A stretch of DNA of 64,000 bases, taken from the human T2T-CHM13v2.0 reference genome, Homo sapiens. How positions within the stretch are numbered: position 1 is the stretch's first letter; every line of letters starts with the position of its first letter. A model generated the notes under the pieces. The model did no database searches, was not told where the DNA came from, and worked only from the letters and a program-made list of their open reading frames with translations. Shown piece after piece: positions 16,294-35,210 of the stretch. The stretch is taken from NCBI RefSeq assembly GCF_009914755.1, contig NC_060947.1; one strand, given 5' to 3'. Position numbers and translations under genes: made by a program.

Positions 16294-16873
16294 AACTAAT
16301 TCTTAAATTTTCAGCAATAATGACAGTTTCAATCTCCTCAACCATCAAATGTTACCACTAGAACTGCTAAGAAATGGCAAAGTGGCTTTTTAATTTTTTT
16401 GCTTTGCCTCCCTTTAACCAGCCTATCCATATTCTCTCACCAAAATGCTAGAGAACAGTGATGTGACGAAAGAAAAAGCAAATGGGGTCTTTAGGAGGCT
16501 GAATCACTCTCACACTGGAAAATTGGTCCCAGGGCATTAGAGGGTTTCATCCATTTTCAACACTACTTGATGACTCTTTCTAAGCCACTTTACTGGCATA
16601 CTGGTACTGCTGGCTGTCAAGCATGCTATATTTGCAACAGGTGGAGCAAACTTGAGTTATGCCAGGATAATGATTTCAAGGGCTCAGACTCTTTGAGTTA
16701 CCAATTCCAATACCCATACCTACACAAAGGCCCAGTATGTTGGGTTACCTTTTGCTCCAAGAAGCACTGATAGCAAACCCTTAGTATGAAAATGGGCATA
16801 AGCAGAGAAATTCTCCCCACCCCTGCCAGGGGATGTGCCAGCACAGCAGCTTATGGTATCCAGCGAGCAGCTA

Positions 16874-17275
<402 letters not shown>

Positions 17276-17920
17276 TCACTAACACCCTCCCAAATCATGC
17301 ACTGATTAATAAACATTAAGCACCCCAGAGGGTTGCACCCCATCTCCGCTCCAGCTCCTTATTCTGGTGCATTACATCATCGGGTTTCTCCCTGTGCTTT
17401 TTACAAGGGAAAACAGGCTGAGGGCCATAAACTTTTCATATTAAACATAGTAACCTCCCACCAACCCCCCCTAAAAAAGTTTCTATACTTTGGATTTGGA
17501 ATTTTTCATTGTGAGTGGCCTGTGAGCACGGGTGGGGGGACAGGGAAAGTTGAGCCTATGGGAGAGAAAGCATGAAAATGCTCAAATCTGGAGCTTCCCT
17601 GGAACCAAAAGGAACTCCTAGGTGAAATACAAAGCAAGTCACCAAAGAGGAGATAGAGGAAAATAAAAAATACCCGCCCCCACCCCCTTGCCAGTTCCTC
17701 CAGGCATTTGCCATGTGGCACACGCCCTCAATCAGCTTCCTCTATGACTCACTCGATCAGTTTTGGACTGGGGTAGGAGATCAGACCCCATTCTTTCGCG
17801 TCTCCTCCACACCCTCCTCCCTGCCCTAGCCCGGTTCCCTTTTACTCACCCCCCGACCCCCTCCTCTCCTAGAAAAATCTAATAGCCAAACCCATTTAAA
17901 TGAGGGGAAATGCCTTTTTA

Positions 17921-18154
<234 letters not shown>

Positions 18155-20848
18155 TCAATTTAATTAACACTGACACAGACCCAGCAACGTGCACCAAAGA
18201 CACCAGGCATTAAGAGACTTGTCAAAAGAAATACATTTAAATGTAGCCAGATTCTCAAAGTCATTTATTACTTTGCACATAATGATTCAGTTTCTTTTTT
18301 GGAAATTCGATTTCTGGGCAATAATCAGCAAAACAATAGGGTTAATAAGTAATACAGGTTGATCTTTACAAGGGAAAGACTGTGCCTTATTCTCACTCGA
18401 CAAAGCTAATTGTCTGAATACAAAAAGGGAGCCCAATTCAAGCAGCAATTGCAGATCATCTCGCAAGTCTCATAAATGAATGCATTTCAGGAAGAGGTTC
18501 TGCGGAGGCTTAGAAAAAGAAACCTCTGCCTAATCACATGGAAAGACACACTCCTGAACTTTAGGTTTCTAAAAAGTCTGAGCAGATAGGGAGACTACAC
18601 ATCTACAGAGGCAAATTCTTGCTCTGTCCCCAGGATCTACCTAGAGTTAAGCAATTGAGTTCCCCTCACCCCTTCGCTCTGTGCTCAGGAAGATTTGCAG
18701 TGATGGCAAACTGGTACTACTGGGGTTTGGGAGCAGATAAAATCCCCAAAACCCTAGTACTAAGGTTGATTTTCTATTCTAATCTGTTTACAGAATCAAT
18801 GGGAAATTTTAATCATTTTGTTTACCCAAGATGAGTAACTTTGGCAATGCCCCATCAAATTATTCAGCTGAAGCATTCATTGTGCAGCCCTTTCTGTATT
18901 AACCAATTATTTAATTATACTGTACTTCATTAATCCCAAACCATCACAGGAAACAGAACGCTTCACAAAATACACATTTGGGTGAAGTTGGAGAGCACTG
19001 AGATTTACTCTTTTTTTTTTTTTTTCAATATTCAGATGCTCTCCTCCTGTTTAATCATCTCCTTGGCAAGTTCTCAGAAAGGGCTCTCACTTCTAGTCAT
19101 ACATCACCAAGAGGTGGCAAAGCCTTCAATATCTTTATTTCAAGCTGATTTCTTTTTCATCAAGGAAAGGATCTTATGCATTTACTTTATGCTGAGAAGA
19201 TGGCTTAAAAAGAGTCCTCTCCATAATTATCTCCATATAAATAAAATTTTATTGACCCCACATTTTTCTCCTATAAAAATCGCCACTAGCAGTCACAGGT
19301 TTGAAAGCTAAGAGCAATATTAATTTACATTTCTCCCATCTGAAATGACTTGGTGCTGAAGGAAAGAAAAGTCATGGCCATTTCACTAGTAACAGGATTA
19401 AAGCATTTATGAGGCATTGCAGCTGCTCTTTTATGGCACCTGATTGATATTCATGTGTGGTTAGCATTTGTCTACTAACTTGTGTAACGCAGAGAATAGT
19501 AAAAGGGAAACAATAATTGCATGGCTGTTACATATTCAGGGGGCTCTGATTCACAGAAGTGTGCATTTCAGACGGTGTCAAATACAAACTGAACCTACAG
19601 GAACATATTTTGACTGATTAACATGCAGACACAAATGGCACAAAAGACACACTGATGTGTAGGTGTGTTGAAAGCACACACACACCTTGGTTGTAAATAG
19701 CAGCATCATTCATTTTCAGCAAACTAAAGAAACAACTTTTTTCAACTGTTTCGATGAGACACTGCTGGAAAAAAAATGTCATGTATTATCCTAAATTGGA
19801 TTCTAGGATTCTAGAAATGCTTAGACTTATGTGCTCTATCCAAATGTAAGAAAGGGCTTCAGTAAGACCTTCTAATGTGCTTATCAGGAAATCTTTTTAA
19901 AAAATACTGTGTTTCTTCTTTTCTCCCTTTTCCTCCCCCTTCTATCCCTCTCTCTCTCCCTCCCCCCCCCATACACACACAGACACACACACATCCTTCA
20001 CACACTTCAAGAGAAACTGTAACACAATAGCCCACAGTGACATCCACTGGTAGGAACCAGATCTTAATGCCACAACACAGTCTCACATTAGAGGAAAGCA
20101 TCATCAACTCTAGAAGATTGCTATTTTTACTGAAACATCTGGATGCAAAGTCTTGTTCCTCATTGGGATGTTTGGTCTCCACACTACCAACCAACCAGAT
20201 ATTTGAAAACATACAGATGCCTGATAGAATTTCACTTTATATAGCCAGATGTTTGGGGACTAGATAAAAAACAAGCCAAGAATAAACTAAAAACCACTAA
20301 TCACCTGCATCTCCACACACTCCTGTTCTCTCCTCCCCCTCATCTCCCTTTCCCATCTTACACTCCCACTCCCAGTCTCTCTCCAGAGTTCATCACTGCA
20401 ACAAGACAGGGTAGCTGCCAACACTCCCTCTCCTTTCATTCAGTACCTGTCCCAAAAACACTGTGCCCCAGACACCAAGTTGTGGTAGTTGGTGGTTTTC
20501 CTAAAAATATGATCTCTCTCTCTCTCCCCCTCCCTCTCTCTCTCTCTGTTTTTCCTACCATAACTTCATGGAGACAGCTATGCAAATTTTAAAATGATAA
20601 TTGCGTTTCTGCTCACCATCATTATGTGACAGAATCCATTCAAACACTAAATGATTGTCTTCCAGCAAATTGTCAGATCAAAAGAATTGATCAACTTGGA
20701 CTGTCACAAACTTTTCACCCTACAAAAAGAAGCACTGCAAGTATGCTGCATGCATTTAAGTAGGAAACAAAAGCACCAGGATTTTCACACAGAGACACAG
20801 ATAAACACACCTTATTCATCCAAGACAAAGAAAGAAAACTTGGCTTTA

Positions 20849-24670
<3,822 letters not shown>

Positions 24671-24739
24671 CGCAAACTACTGGCCGCGGAGTCTGGAGAA
24701 AGCCGGAGAAAGCTCAAGCTGCCGAGCCCGGCTACGCCA

Positions 24740-24840
24740 GGCGCTGGCCAATCAGCGCGCCGCCAGCGGGCTCCAGTCTTGGGGCGGGGCCAAGCGGAGG
24801 CGGGGGGTAGCGGGGGGGCGGGGCCAAGCGGAAACTTCAC
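24740..24840 (-). promoter_or_regulatory. TATA-less promoter: CCAAT box and tandem GC boxes
   Basis: ggCCAATcag at 24748-24752; GGGGCGGGGC at 24781-24790 and 24815-24824. Confidence 0.75.
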
Positions 24841-25079
24841 ACCGGCGGGACCAAGTGGTACCCCGGCCCATGGAGCCCTGGCGGGATTCATGGGAGGACG
24901 GACAGACAGGCCAGGCAGGCCAGGCAGGAGCAATAGGGCAGGAATGAGCAGGGAGGCGGTGTGCTGGCGCTGCGGCTGAGCCTCGCCGGGAACTGTGCGC
25001 TTCTCATGTTTGCAGAGATTTCAGGAAAGATGAGGATGATATGATTGTCTTATCGTGTTTACCTCCCTTACATATCTTC

Positions 25080-25143
25080 ATATCTTGAATATAATATATA
25101 CATATATATACACATATATATATATATACACACATATATATAT
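25080..25143. repeat. (TA)n/(CA)n alternating purine-pyrimidine tract between the CpG islands
   Basis: Seen directly. Confidence 0.85.
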
Positions 25144-25269
25144 CCCTCTATTTCTCCTTGTCTCTTCACCCTAAAAAATCGTCTGTTTTTGTTTTCCTCT
25201 CTTCTCATTCTCTGGTAGTGGAAGGAAGAAAGGGAAGGAGAAAGCGCCCCTGAGGTGGTCATTCATCCA

Positions 25270-25910
25270 GCTCTTAGCCGGTGTGTCTTCACATCAGGCC
25301 AGAGCCACGGCCGCCACCCCCCCGGACCGTCACCCCCATCCTTCCACCCCGGGCAGACGCCGCACTACTCTCTGCGTGCCGCACTCCCAGCAGGGCCCCT
25401 GGATCGGTTCGCTCTTGTCTGTTGCTTGTTAATCAAATGGGATATGTGGCACAGAGAATGAGCTACGGAGGGGGCCGGACACATTTCATTGCCCCTCACC
25501 CCACCCTGTTGGAGAATTTAGCTCCCTATAAATAAACTGTACGTTTGAGAAGAGCCGGTGGAGCGGACGCCGCCGCGCCGCGCCAAGCCAGCAGAGCTCA
25601 AAGCCGGGCAGGAGCTCTGGGGCGGGCACGCCATACATGTCCGCTTAGGTCGCCGACAGCTGGGAGCCGGCGCCGATGTGCAGGGCGCCCCAGCCTTCCC
25701 GCGGGGTCTCGGTCCCAGGGGGCTGCCAGCTCCACTTGGGCGGCGGTGGTGGCTGCGGCATGTGCCAGTACTGGGAAGCGGGAGGCCGGCGTGGCCAGGG
25801 CTGACATCAAGCTCATCCTGCCTTCTGCACTGAAGGCTCCCTGGGGGCAGCGGGGCATTCCTCCCCACCCGGGCTCTGAGGCTTTTAATTAAGGTCGCCA
25901 GCGGCAAAAA
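25270..25910. promoter_or_regulatory. Second, upstream CpG island
   Basis: CpG-dense block separated from the main island by an AT-rich TA/CA tract; a weaker CpG block follows at about 26280-26640. Confidence 0.75.
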
Positions 25911-28207
25911 AATCAAAAACGTGCCCGTTAAACAAGTTTTTTTTTCTCTTAGAATGTGGGGAAGCTGCTTCTGAATTCACAATTCTTGGAAGAGTAAAAA
26001 TGTCTTCTGAGTGAGTCGTCTCGGATATTTGGGAGTGGGATAAGCAGACTCATAATTAGCCCAGCGACATTGGCTCGAGCCTGTGGGCTTCACATGAGCG
26101 TCATTTTTGCCCTCTAAAAAGCGTTAAACAAGAAAAGGAAACCGGCATTTGGACACATAATGGGTTTTCTCAAAACTGCCATCTTCTTGTGGAGAGCAAC
26201 CCAGCTGCTTTTTAAAATATTTTTCCTTCCAAGAAGAGCTACTTTAGCAGCCTTTACCTTGGCGGTGGGAGAGGGGAAAGGCGGCTTCCTCTTACAGAAA
26301 GAAATTATTTCGCGAGTGAGATTGCGATCCCCTGAATATGTAGCCGAGGCCAAAGGGAGAGCGTAGGGAGCCTGATCCGCTTTCCGCGTGGGGGTCGTTT
26401 CACTGTTTCACGTTAGGATGTGATTCGGCCCAGAACAACAGGGAGAAAACCGATGCTTCTGCAATGAGTATCATTTAATTTTGGTCATTTAGAGCTGCGG
26501 GTGGACACCAGAGTGGTGGCTCAAGGGAGCCCGGTGGCCCGACCGGTTTTCTCCAGACACCGTTGGAGAAATGGGCAAGTAGTAGAGAATGACAACATGG
26601 CAGGCAGCGGTGGGCGCACCTCGCGGGCTCCGCGAAAGGAAGGGTTCCATTTGATTTATCACAGTTATTTACCTTTGATGTCAGAGCATGGGAATGAAGT
26701 GCATCTTGGTCTAATTAAAAAGGCCTAAAAAGGCATTTGAAATGGGTTTGCTATCTGATCACGGGATGTGAATTCGGCGTTTGGCAGCTTTCTAAAATAT
26801 TGCTTGGACTATTTAAACAGAACAATTAGCAGCATGCTAAAATGTTTGCATGCTATGCTTAGAAGCTTTTAGCTGTAAACTTTAAGGCGATCTGTTCCCC
26901 CTTTAAGTTAAAAAAGGATGATGCTGCTTCCTTGTGGCGAAGGCTGTCAGGAACCCACTGATCAATAAAAGTAAACTGGCGCCTCCACGGCTTGATTGAG
27001 CGGGAGCAAAGAGTCTGAGAAGTAGTCTCGGCCATTAACAATCCCCCAGGTAACGAGAAATGGAAGAATTACTCAGGTAAAATGATTAACATTGTCGTAG
27101 CATCTGAAAAGATGCACACAACAAGATAAGAAGACTGCAGACCTCTTACCTTAGGGAGTGCTAATAGAATGTCTATATTCTGCTGTCTTTTAAAGATAAA
27201 TAGGAGAATTCAATTCATGTACAATGTCATTACCTTCATAATTGCAATCACAATGTAAAGACATGTTCTGCATTTGCAAAGACAAACCCTCTTTGCTAAG
27301 GCGATGCCACCGTGTTCCCTGCTTCCTGCTCGCTGTTCACACTCCAGGCACCCCTCTTTTCCAAGGAGAGCATCCAAGTACTTCCAGCTACCAAACCACT
27401 TTTACACAAGCCAGGTGCTAAGGGAGGCAGGGGCGTGTGCCTATGCTTTCCTTCTTTCCTATTATCTCCTCCCCACCCCTAATCTCAAAGTGACAGTTAC
27501 ACAGCCTTCCCCATCCCCACACACAAAATAGCTCTTCCATCCCCCAGTCTATTTCTACAGATAATCCTAACAACAGCCTTTGCCCTCAGAATTTCTTTTT
27601 TTCTAATAGGCACACTCGATCATTATACTCCAAGAATGCCATTGACTAAATGAGTAGCCCAAAACACTTTCATGATCAGGAATTTATTAACTAACTGAAT
27701 AAAATCGTTCTGCATGTAGATAATAAAAACAAGAAAGTTCTCTCCGTTTTAGCTTCCCTTTACTTCAATCCTGAAGGGAGCCCCGCCTCCTCAGCCTCTT
27801 TAGAGACACAAGAGGGACATCTAGTGACCATCCTCAGTATTTTTTAATCCAACAGCTACTAAGAAATACTAATACTAATGGTGCTATGCCGCCTACGGCT
27901 GCTCTCCAGGTCAAAGCAGCTCCACTGAGGCCAGAATCAAAATTGGCAAAGAGAATTTTTTTTGTCTTTAAAATGTCATCCATGCCACTAAAATCATGCT
28001 GAATGGCAATAAAAGAGGACCAAAATGGGAGAAATCTTACTTTTAGATCAAACCAGTATGTGAAGCTAATTCTTGTTCTCCTAAGATTGATAAGGGTATG
28101 GTGAAAGGTTTTGTCCAGAAAGGTGAAAAGTAATGGTAGGAACCAAGATACCAGTATATGAGGGACTGTAACTCTGACAAGTTTAAGGAAGCTTTCTGAG
28201 ATGTGTT

Positions 28208-28515
28208 TGTTTTGTTCTGTTGTTTTAGAGACAAGGTGTCATTCTGTCGCCCAGGCTAGAGTGCAATGCTGCAGACATGGCTCACTGTAACCTCAAACTC
28301 CAGGGCTCAAGCAATCCTACCACCTCAGCCTCCTGAGTAGCTAGGATTATACAGGTGTGCACTGTCACACCTGGCTCATTCTTTTCATTTTATTTTTTGT
28401 AGAAATGGGGTATCTCTCTGTTGTCCGGGCTGGTCTCAAACTGGCCTCAAGCAATCCTTCTCCCCTGGCCTCCCAAAGTGCTAAGATTACAGGCATAAGC
28501 TACTGTGCCCTAGCC
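28208..28515 (-). mobile_element. Alu (AluJ-type)
   Basis: Diverged dimer with ggctcaagcaatcc J-type motifs; TSD-like tgagat(g/a)tgttt flanks. Confidence 0.9.
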
Positions 28516-30332
28516 TGAGATATGTTTTTTTTTTTTAATGTTTGCTTTAAGCTCAAAAGAGATTAGCCTTCAAATAACTCCAGTCTCTCTCTTTCTCTCC
28601 TCCTCCTCCTCCTTCCTTTTGCCCCCTTCTCTTTGCCCTGGCTGCAGAAAAGTGGGTCATCTTCTAGCTTGGCTTTCACTGCATATCATGGGGATCCCAT
28701 TCCACCCAACTAGTTTGACCAGCTGCCTGATGAGGTTCTCTTAGAAAGAAAAAATTGATTTTAAAATTAGCAAATTCAATCAAACTTCTTCTGACTGCAT
28801 ATCTGATCTCCTTACTTAGGTTACAATGCCTAGAGAAGAGAACATCAAAGAATGAAAATGGAGGAAATGGGAAAAAAACTATAAAGTGTCATTATTAAAG
28901 TCATCATCTTATTTAATTTTTACAATATCCCTGGGAGATAAAGACACTTTGCAGATGTGGAAACAGTTGCAGAGCAGTTCAACGATTTTCCAAGACGACC
29001 TCATTACACAAAACTCAACCACTTCCCTCGTGAGATCAACAAGTGTTGGCTTTTTGTCCAGCATTGTGTTAAGGATTGAGAATTTTTTTTAGTGGACCTT
29101 GCCCTTATGTAGTTTAACATGCAGTTGATTAATTTAATAACAGCATGTATGTCTATGTACTATAAATTTTCCTAGAGGAGAAACTAGGATGAGATATATT
29201 ATGTCGACAGCTTCCTAAAATTCTGTTCTCTTCTGCCCACAATGATTGCCCGATTTCTAGATAGTCCTTCCCTCCCTTCCTGCCTCCCCCGCCACTGTCC
29301 CAGACAGTATAAGGAAAGGCATCAACAGCAGCAATCAGGGATGTGGACCTGCTGGGCAGGGGTGGGGTTATCCTGGATGCTGTTTCTAACCCTTCTGGAA
29401 CACCAAGAAGACTAGGACAGAGGCCAAGAAAAACCTTTGAGGTCCCTCACACTTTTCCCTCTCTTCCTCTCAAACTCCACCCCTTTTCCTACCCTGTGAC
29501 AGAGGATAACATTAACAGCAGGGAGCTGTAGCAGATAAACAAAGTAGAGAAAGTGTTTCTTAAGTGCTAAAATTGTTCACCATGGCCCCGATGCCTGCCT
29601 TTTCCAAGAAACACAAGAGATGTGCGGGACAGTGGAGAAAAAGAGACTGAGAAAGTTATTAATCACTTCATGTCTTCCCATTTTGACAAGGCCAGCATCC
29701 TTGAACAAGCTATGTCCAAACTTCCTCCATGCCTTATCCCCTCCCTTTAGGAATGGCACTTCCCACAGGACCAAACCCCTGCTGCTGCCAAACTCGTAAC
29801 TGTCCCTAAATAAGCACACGTCATGGGGACTATTTAATTAGCAAAGGCTAAATCAGCAGATACATTTCAATAAATGACACTGCTCTCTAACACCTTTTGT
29901 ACTGCCCTGCAGTGATCACCTGTGATGTTTTGACAGCACCATTTGGGCTCTCAGCATTATTGCCTCAATCTTTTCATGTGAATTTTCTCCAAGTGGACCC
30001 CAAATGCTGGTTTCCTAGGTGCAACCTCATGTCAGCTGTTACTCCCCACATCACCACTTTTGAAAACAGAAAGCTCTCCCTTCAAAGGCACTCTGATTAA
30101 ATCATGGCCAGCCTTCCCACTGCTGACTCCCTCATCCCAAGGAGGAGGGTAAGGGTGACATTCCACAGCTCCCCAGAGGAAATGCTTTTTTGACAGCTTG
30201 AAAAAAAAAAAACTATCACCAAATTGGAGACCTCAAAAACCACCGAAATATGAACCACAACGATACAAAGAATACGTAATTGAAAGTGAGCAGACTTTCA
30301 CTTGGGATGCACTGTTTTAGGCCAAGGCCAAG

Positions 30333-30339
<7 letters not shown>

Positions 30340-30364
<25 letters not shown>
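30340..30364. repeat. (TG)n microsatellite, about 12 units
   Basis: Seen directly. Confidence 0.9.
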
Positions 30365-30365
<1 letters not shown>

Positions 30366-33300
30366 TGCTGTCCCCAGCCTCTAACACTGCAACCTAGTAG
30401 GTAGATCCCAGGCACCTTATACCTTGTGTAATTTCCTCAGACTGGAGCTCCTGATTAGGGCTTGGCTTTTGATTCCCACCCTAGGCTTCTATCACAGTCT
30501 CTTCTGCTATTTCTGAAGCAGTACAAGTGGGGCAAGAAAGGAAGCAGAACTATCACTGAAAGGAATGGTTGAGGCTGAAAGAGCCCTGGCCGAAATATCA
30601 GCCTTATAGGATATGCCCTGAAGATCAGCTTTCCAAATTAAAAAATAAAAATAAATATCTGTCTGGTTGCTTGATCTTACAGGAGGCTGAGTTCTTTCTG
30701 GAGATACCCACAAGATTGGAGAAAACAAACCAGATCTTTCAAGACCTTGAGATATACGGTACTGGAGCTGAGGTGAGTTTGTGAACTCCACACTACAGTA
30801 CCCTGTTGCATTAAGTTCAAATGAACAATAATAGCCAGAAGAAGAATACAAAAGTCAGTCTGATGAGCCAGTTTCCTGGGCTTCTCTTGGTATCTTGGGC
30901 AAAAGATGATCTCTGTGAGGCACCAAATCTATTGTATACTCTTTAGTTCTAAGTGACCAGGCTGGGCCTAGATTTGCTCTTGGTTCCTCCCAAGTTTCTC
31001 CTAGAACTCAGGAGAGGCCTAGCATAGCTCCTGGGAGTTCCAGCTGCTCCACCAACTGATTTTTCACTGAACTAGGAAACTTGCTACTTGGCTAATGTCA
31101 GCTTAAAAGGGAAAGAAGAAAACTAATAAACATAAAGAACTGCCAGTTTGACAGCTGCAGTTACATTACCTGGGCTAGCAATAAAAGTACCAAAGGCATG
31201 TCACGTATGCCACTAACAGCACAAGGCACAGTATCTGTTCAGGTTGACAAGCCCTGGGGCAGTGGAGAGTAAACTGAAAGAAGGAGATCCCAGAAGGAGG
31301 CAGAGAGAGCACCACAAAGGGGACAGATAGAGCAGAAGTGACAGAAAAATCATTTTAGCAGCATGGAAGTTATGTACCTTTTTTCGAATGAGAAGAAAAC
31401 AATGACTTTCCAGCTGGGAAAACATCCTGTTTTGGGGTCCAAGAGTTTGCATATTGGTGCACTGGATTTGGGGGAAAGCCTATTAATTTGTGTCTGTTGT
31501 CTCCGGGCTGAAGCCAGAATGGCCATAGAGGACCAATGACCTTTCTTCCAAAAGCTGGGAGTTGAGAGGGTTAGGGAGAGTGTCCTGTGTCACAGGAGAT
31601 ACCAGCTGGGCTGAGCTTGGCTGATCTCTTTTAGCAAAGATCACAAAATGCAGTGACATCAGTAGCAGGCCATATCCACCCAGAGACAGCAACCTAGGCA
31701 GCAGTGATCAAATTAAGTCTTGTACCTACTGATGGGTTAGTAAGAAAACTAATAGTCATAGAGGACAGTGAGGCCAGTTTGAGGCCTGTGCAGCTCTGCG
31801 TGTTCTCTGCCCGGGGAAATGGTGGAACTTGAGAAAGCCTCGCTGTCTGGCTGTGCAGTTTCATTTGGGAGAACAGGCAATCAGTTCTGGAAGCCTGACT
31901 GAAGAGAGTGGACAGAATGATAGCTCAAAATGAGATCCATCAATGACTTTGTTGCAGCCCCAGCCAAACAATCAAAAGCAAATAGTCAGCTTCTAAAATC
32001 AATGCTTCATGAGATGATGAGCCAGTGGAGTTCACGTGGGGGTGGGGTGGGAAGGAGGTTATGGAGGGAGGATAGAAAAATTCCCTCTTTCAAGCCACCC
32101 ACCAAAGCAAGCAGCTGCATTTCCTTGAAACAGCAGATTTGGTTCCTAGCAAAATCAGAACTGCAGTCTCCTAGCAGAGCAAAACAAAGGAGCAGGGGGC
32201 GAGACAATTTTGAAAACAGGAAGGCGTTTTGGCAACAATCACAGAAGGGCTGGTAAGCCATTGTGCTCTTGGGATCCATCTGCTGAGCTCCAGAACATCC
32301 TCCCCCCACTCCACCCCCATTCAGAGCTCAGATTGCATGCTTAGGGTCAAGAACAGGGTCATTCAGGAAGAAACGGTAAAGTGGAAAAGACAGACTCAGC
32401 CTCAAGATGTGAAGCAAGAAAAGCCAGGCCTGATTTCTTCCATCCATGGAGGATGCAGTGAAAGACACAGGCAAGCCCTTCTCATTCTTGGTGCCGTTGC
32501 AGGGGAGCAAAAGTTGGCTTGATTAAATTAATGGAAAACACATTTAAAATCAGCCTAGAATTTCCTGCTGTTAGAGACCTTTGAGAGAAGAATAGTGACT
32601 GCATCTTTAAGGACCCGAATAATTTTTTAGCTATTAATAATGTTGTTAGTCATGCAATATAAGTGAACGCTAGCAAGGTAATCAAATTGCTTGCTCTATA
32701 GCAGAGATCAGGGTAATCTGGAAAAAGAAATAGAAAGTTTTTCTTCAATGCAATGTATATGAAGACATCTTCCCCAGACCTCTATTCCTAATGTAGAGAG
32801 GATAGGAAGTCATATAGTTATTTGTAATAGAACAACAAACTTGATCTCATAGTCTGTGAAACCACCATATTAAAACCCCAGCAGCAGTAATCACCTGCAA
32901 GTGTTAAAAGAGAATTCACAACACTTAATTTCATATCTTTTATTGTACATTTCAAGAGATTCATGCATGGGCCTCCCTTTCTTTATAACTCGGGGCTCTG
33001 AATATTACTTAGTGGACCATTAACCTGTTCTAATATAGCATTAGATTTTTTTAGCCAAGGAGAGTAAAATAAAGATGCTTAATTTAGTTCCCTTTTCCCT
33101 GAGAAATAAATAGCTGTCACACATCCAGAAGAGCAGGGTTCATGAACTGCTTTGGAACATGGAGATCAATGAAATCTGATCCTCTCTTGAGAAAAGGAGC
33201 TCCACGTAGAGTTTAACCAAAGATTTCCTACCATAGGCAGTCCCTGATCATCAGGAAGCCTTTGAAGACCCTCCTAGGTTTCCTGTTCAGTCTTGTTTGA

Positions 33301-34029
33301 TCTCCAGTGAACATTAAAATGATTGTAAAGCAGTTTTATAAATGTAAATTATTCCATAAATGCAAAATAATTATGTCCAGCCTAAGCAACTGATTTCTGG
33401 TTTCTGGAAGTTCCCATGGATCCGTCTAAAATAGACAGTAGACATAACAGGATAATTCAACCTCTGAAGCAGATTTATTTCTAAGGATGGTGGTTATGAT
33501 GATGACTATCTATTTCTTCTTTGTTCTTTCAATTTCTTATTCCAGTAACTAATATTTGCACATAAAAGGACTGTCATGTTTTGATACATCTTTATGTAAT
33601 ATAGATCTCTTGTAATTATTCATGAACCTAACTTCAGTTTTTGTCTCCATTTTAAGCCAACAGGAAATATTAATTGCTTTCTCAGAAAATATTAATTGAT
33701 TGCCTACACTTGATGCATAAGACTGAGAATGCATAATAGTGTGAAGCATGTATTGTGCCCTCCAATTGCTTACAGTCTAGCTGTGGATATCATAAAAGGA
33801 GAACTAAAAATACAAGGATGTATTTTTCAGGTGTCGGAACAGCAGTGTTCAATGTTGGTATAACCCAAGTTACAAAGGGGTGACTGATGACCTAGAAGCT
33901 GTGGGAGGCCTTTCAGGTGAGGGAAAGGGTGTTTGCAAAGGCATATAAGCTTCAGTAAGGTGTGTTAGGAAAACAATGAAGAGTGCAATTTGGCTCAAGC
34001 ACTTACTCCACAAACACGATTGAAGTGCT

Positions 34030-34260
34030 TTGTTGTAGTTATTAAGGGCACAGGCTCTGGGGCTAAATGGATCTGAGTTGAAGTCCTGGTTTTACCATTT
34101 CCCTAGTTGAGTGACTTTGAGAAAATATTATAATGTCTGTTTTATAAAGTTGTGGTATAACATGAGATGATGCCTGCAAAGGGAAATGGTACCTATAAAG
34201 TACTTCATGTTTTACATGCCTAGCACAGAATAAAGAACTCAATAATTTTTAGTTGTTACA
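34030..34260. mobile_element. MIR
   Basis: aagggcacaggctctgggg...ctagttgagtgactttgag...tgcctagcacagaataa. Confidence 0.55.
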
Positions 34261-35003
34261 TTTTCTGAACACCACAAAGTGCCAGATACAATTCAAGGTG
34301 CCAGTCTGCTACTAAAGAAGAGAAATCCTGTGCCCTCAAGGATCTCGTGGAAGGATTATAGAGTAGAATAATGGGAGTTGAGATTAGAGAGGTAGGTAGA
34401 GGCTATTGTGTAGAGCCTTGATTGCTAGATTGAAGGATTAGAACCTTATTAAGGTCAGGGAAGTCATCCAAGGCTTTTGTAATAGGGAATAACTAATGTC
34501 ATTTTTGTGATTTGTGATTTTTTAAATTTCAAAATAATGTCAGGTTGGCTTCTTCAACCTTCCTCCACTTTGCCCACATTTTAGGTTACGTCACTAATTC
34601 TTACACAAGTCAAATTCCAGTACAGCATTTACCAAAGCAATATAACTAGAGTGAGCTCAGAAGCAAGGGCTGCTAAAAATGGGTAGGAACACTGAGATGG
34701 GGCTATTGTAAGTAGAGGAGGCTGGTATCAGCAATAGCAGCTGGGTGTCCAAGGCATTGTGTTCAAGGAATTCATCAAGTCCCAAAATGCTGCATGGAAG
34801 CAGAAGATAGGATATGTCAACAGAAAATTTCAGTCAACAAGCACAGGTGGAGTCTTTGCTGGTTCTAGGACATCTGGCCATCTGTGACAGAGGGTGCAGT
34901 GGCAAGATTTATGACTTGGAGGCTACACAAACACCCAGGGTTCATCTCTAACACACTTCATGCTAGGGTAAGGGATCTTTACAGTATACACAACACTTCA
35001 ATT

Positions 35004-35210
35004 TTTTTTTTTTTTTTTTTTTGCCTCAGCCTCCTGAGTAGCTGGGATTACAGGTACCCGCCACCATGCCCTGCTAATTTTTTTGTATTTTTAGTAGAGA
35101 CAGGGTTTCACCATGTTAGCCAGGATGGTCTCAATCGCCTGACCTTGTGATCTGCTGGACTCAGCCTCCCAAAGTGCTGGGATTACAGGCGTGAGCCACC
35201 GTGCCCGGCC
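35004..35210 (-). mobile_element. Alu (AluY/Sc-like) missing about 95 nt of the right arm but keeping poly(A) and TSD
   Basis: Poly(T) joins directly to gcctcagcctcc; TSD aacacttcaatt at 34992-35003 and 35211-35222. Confidence 0.9.
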
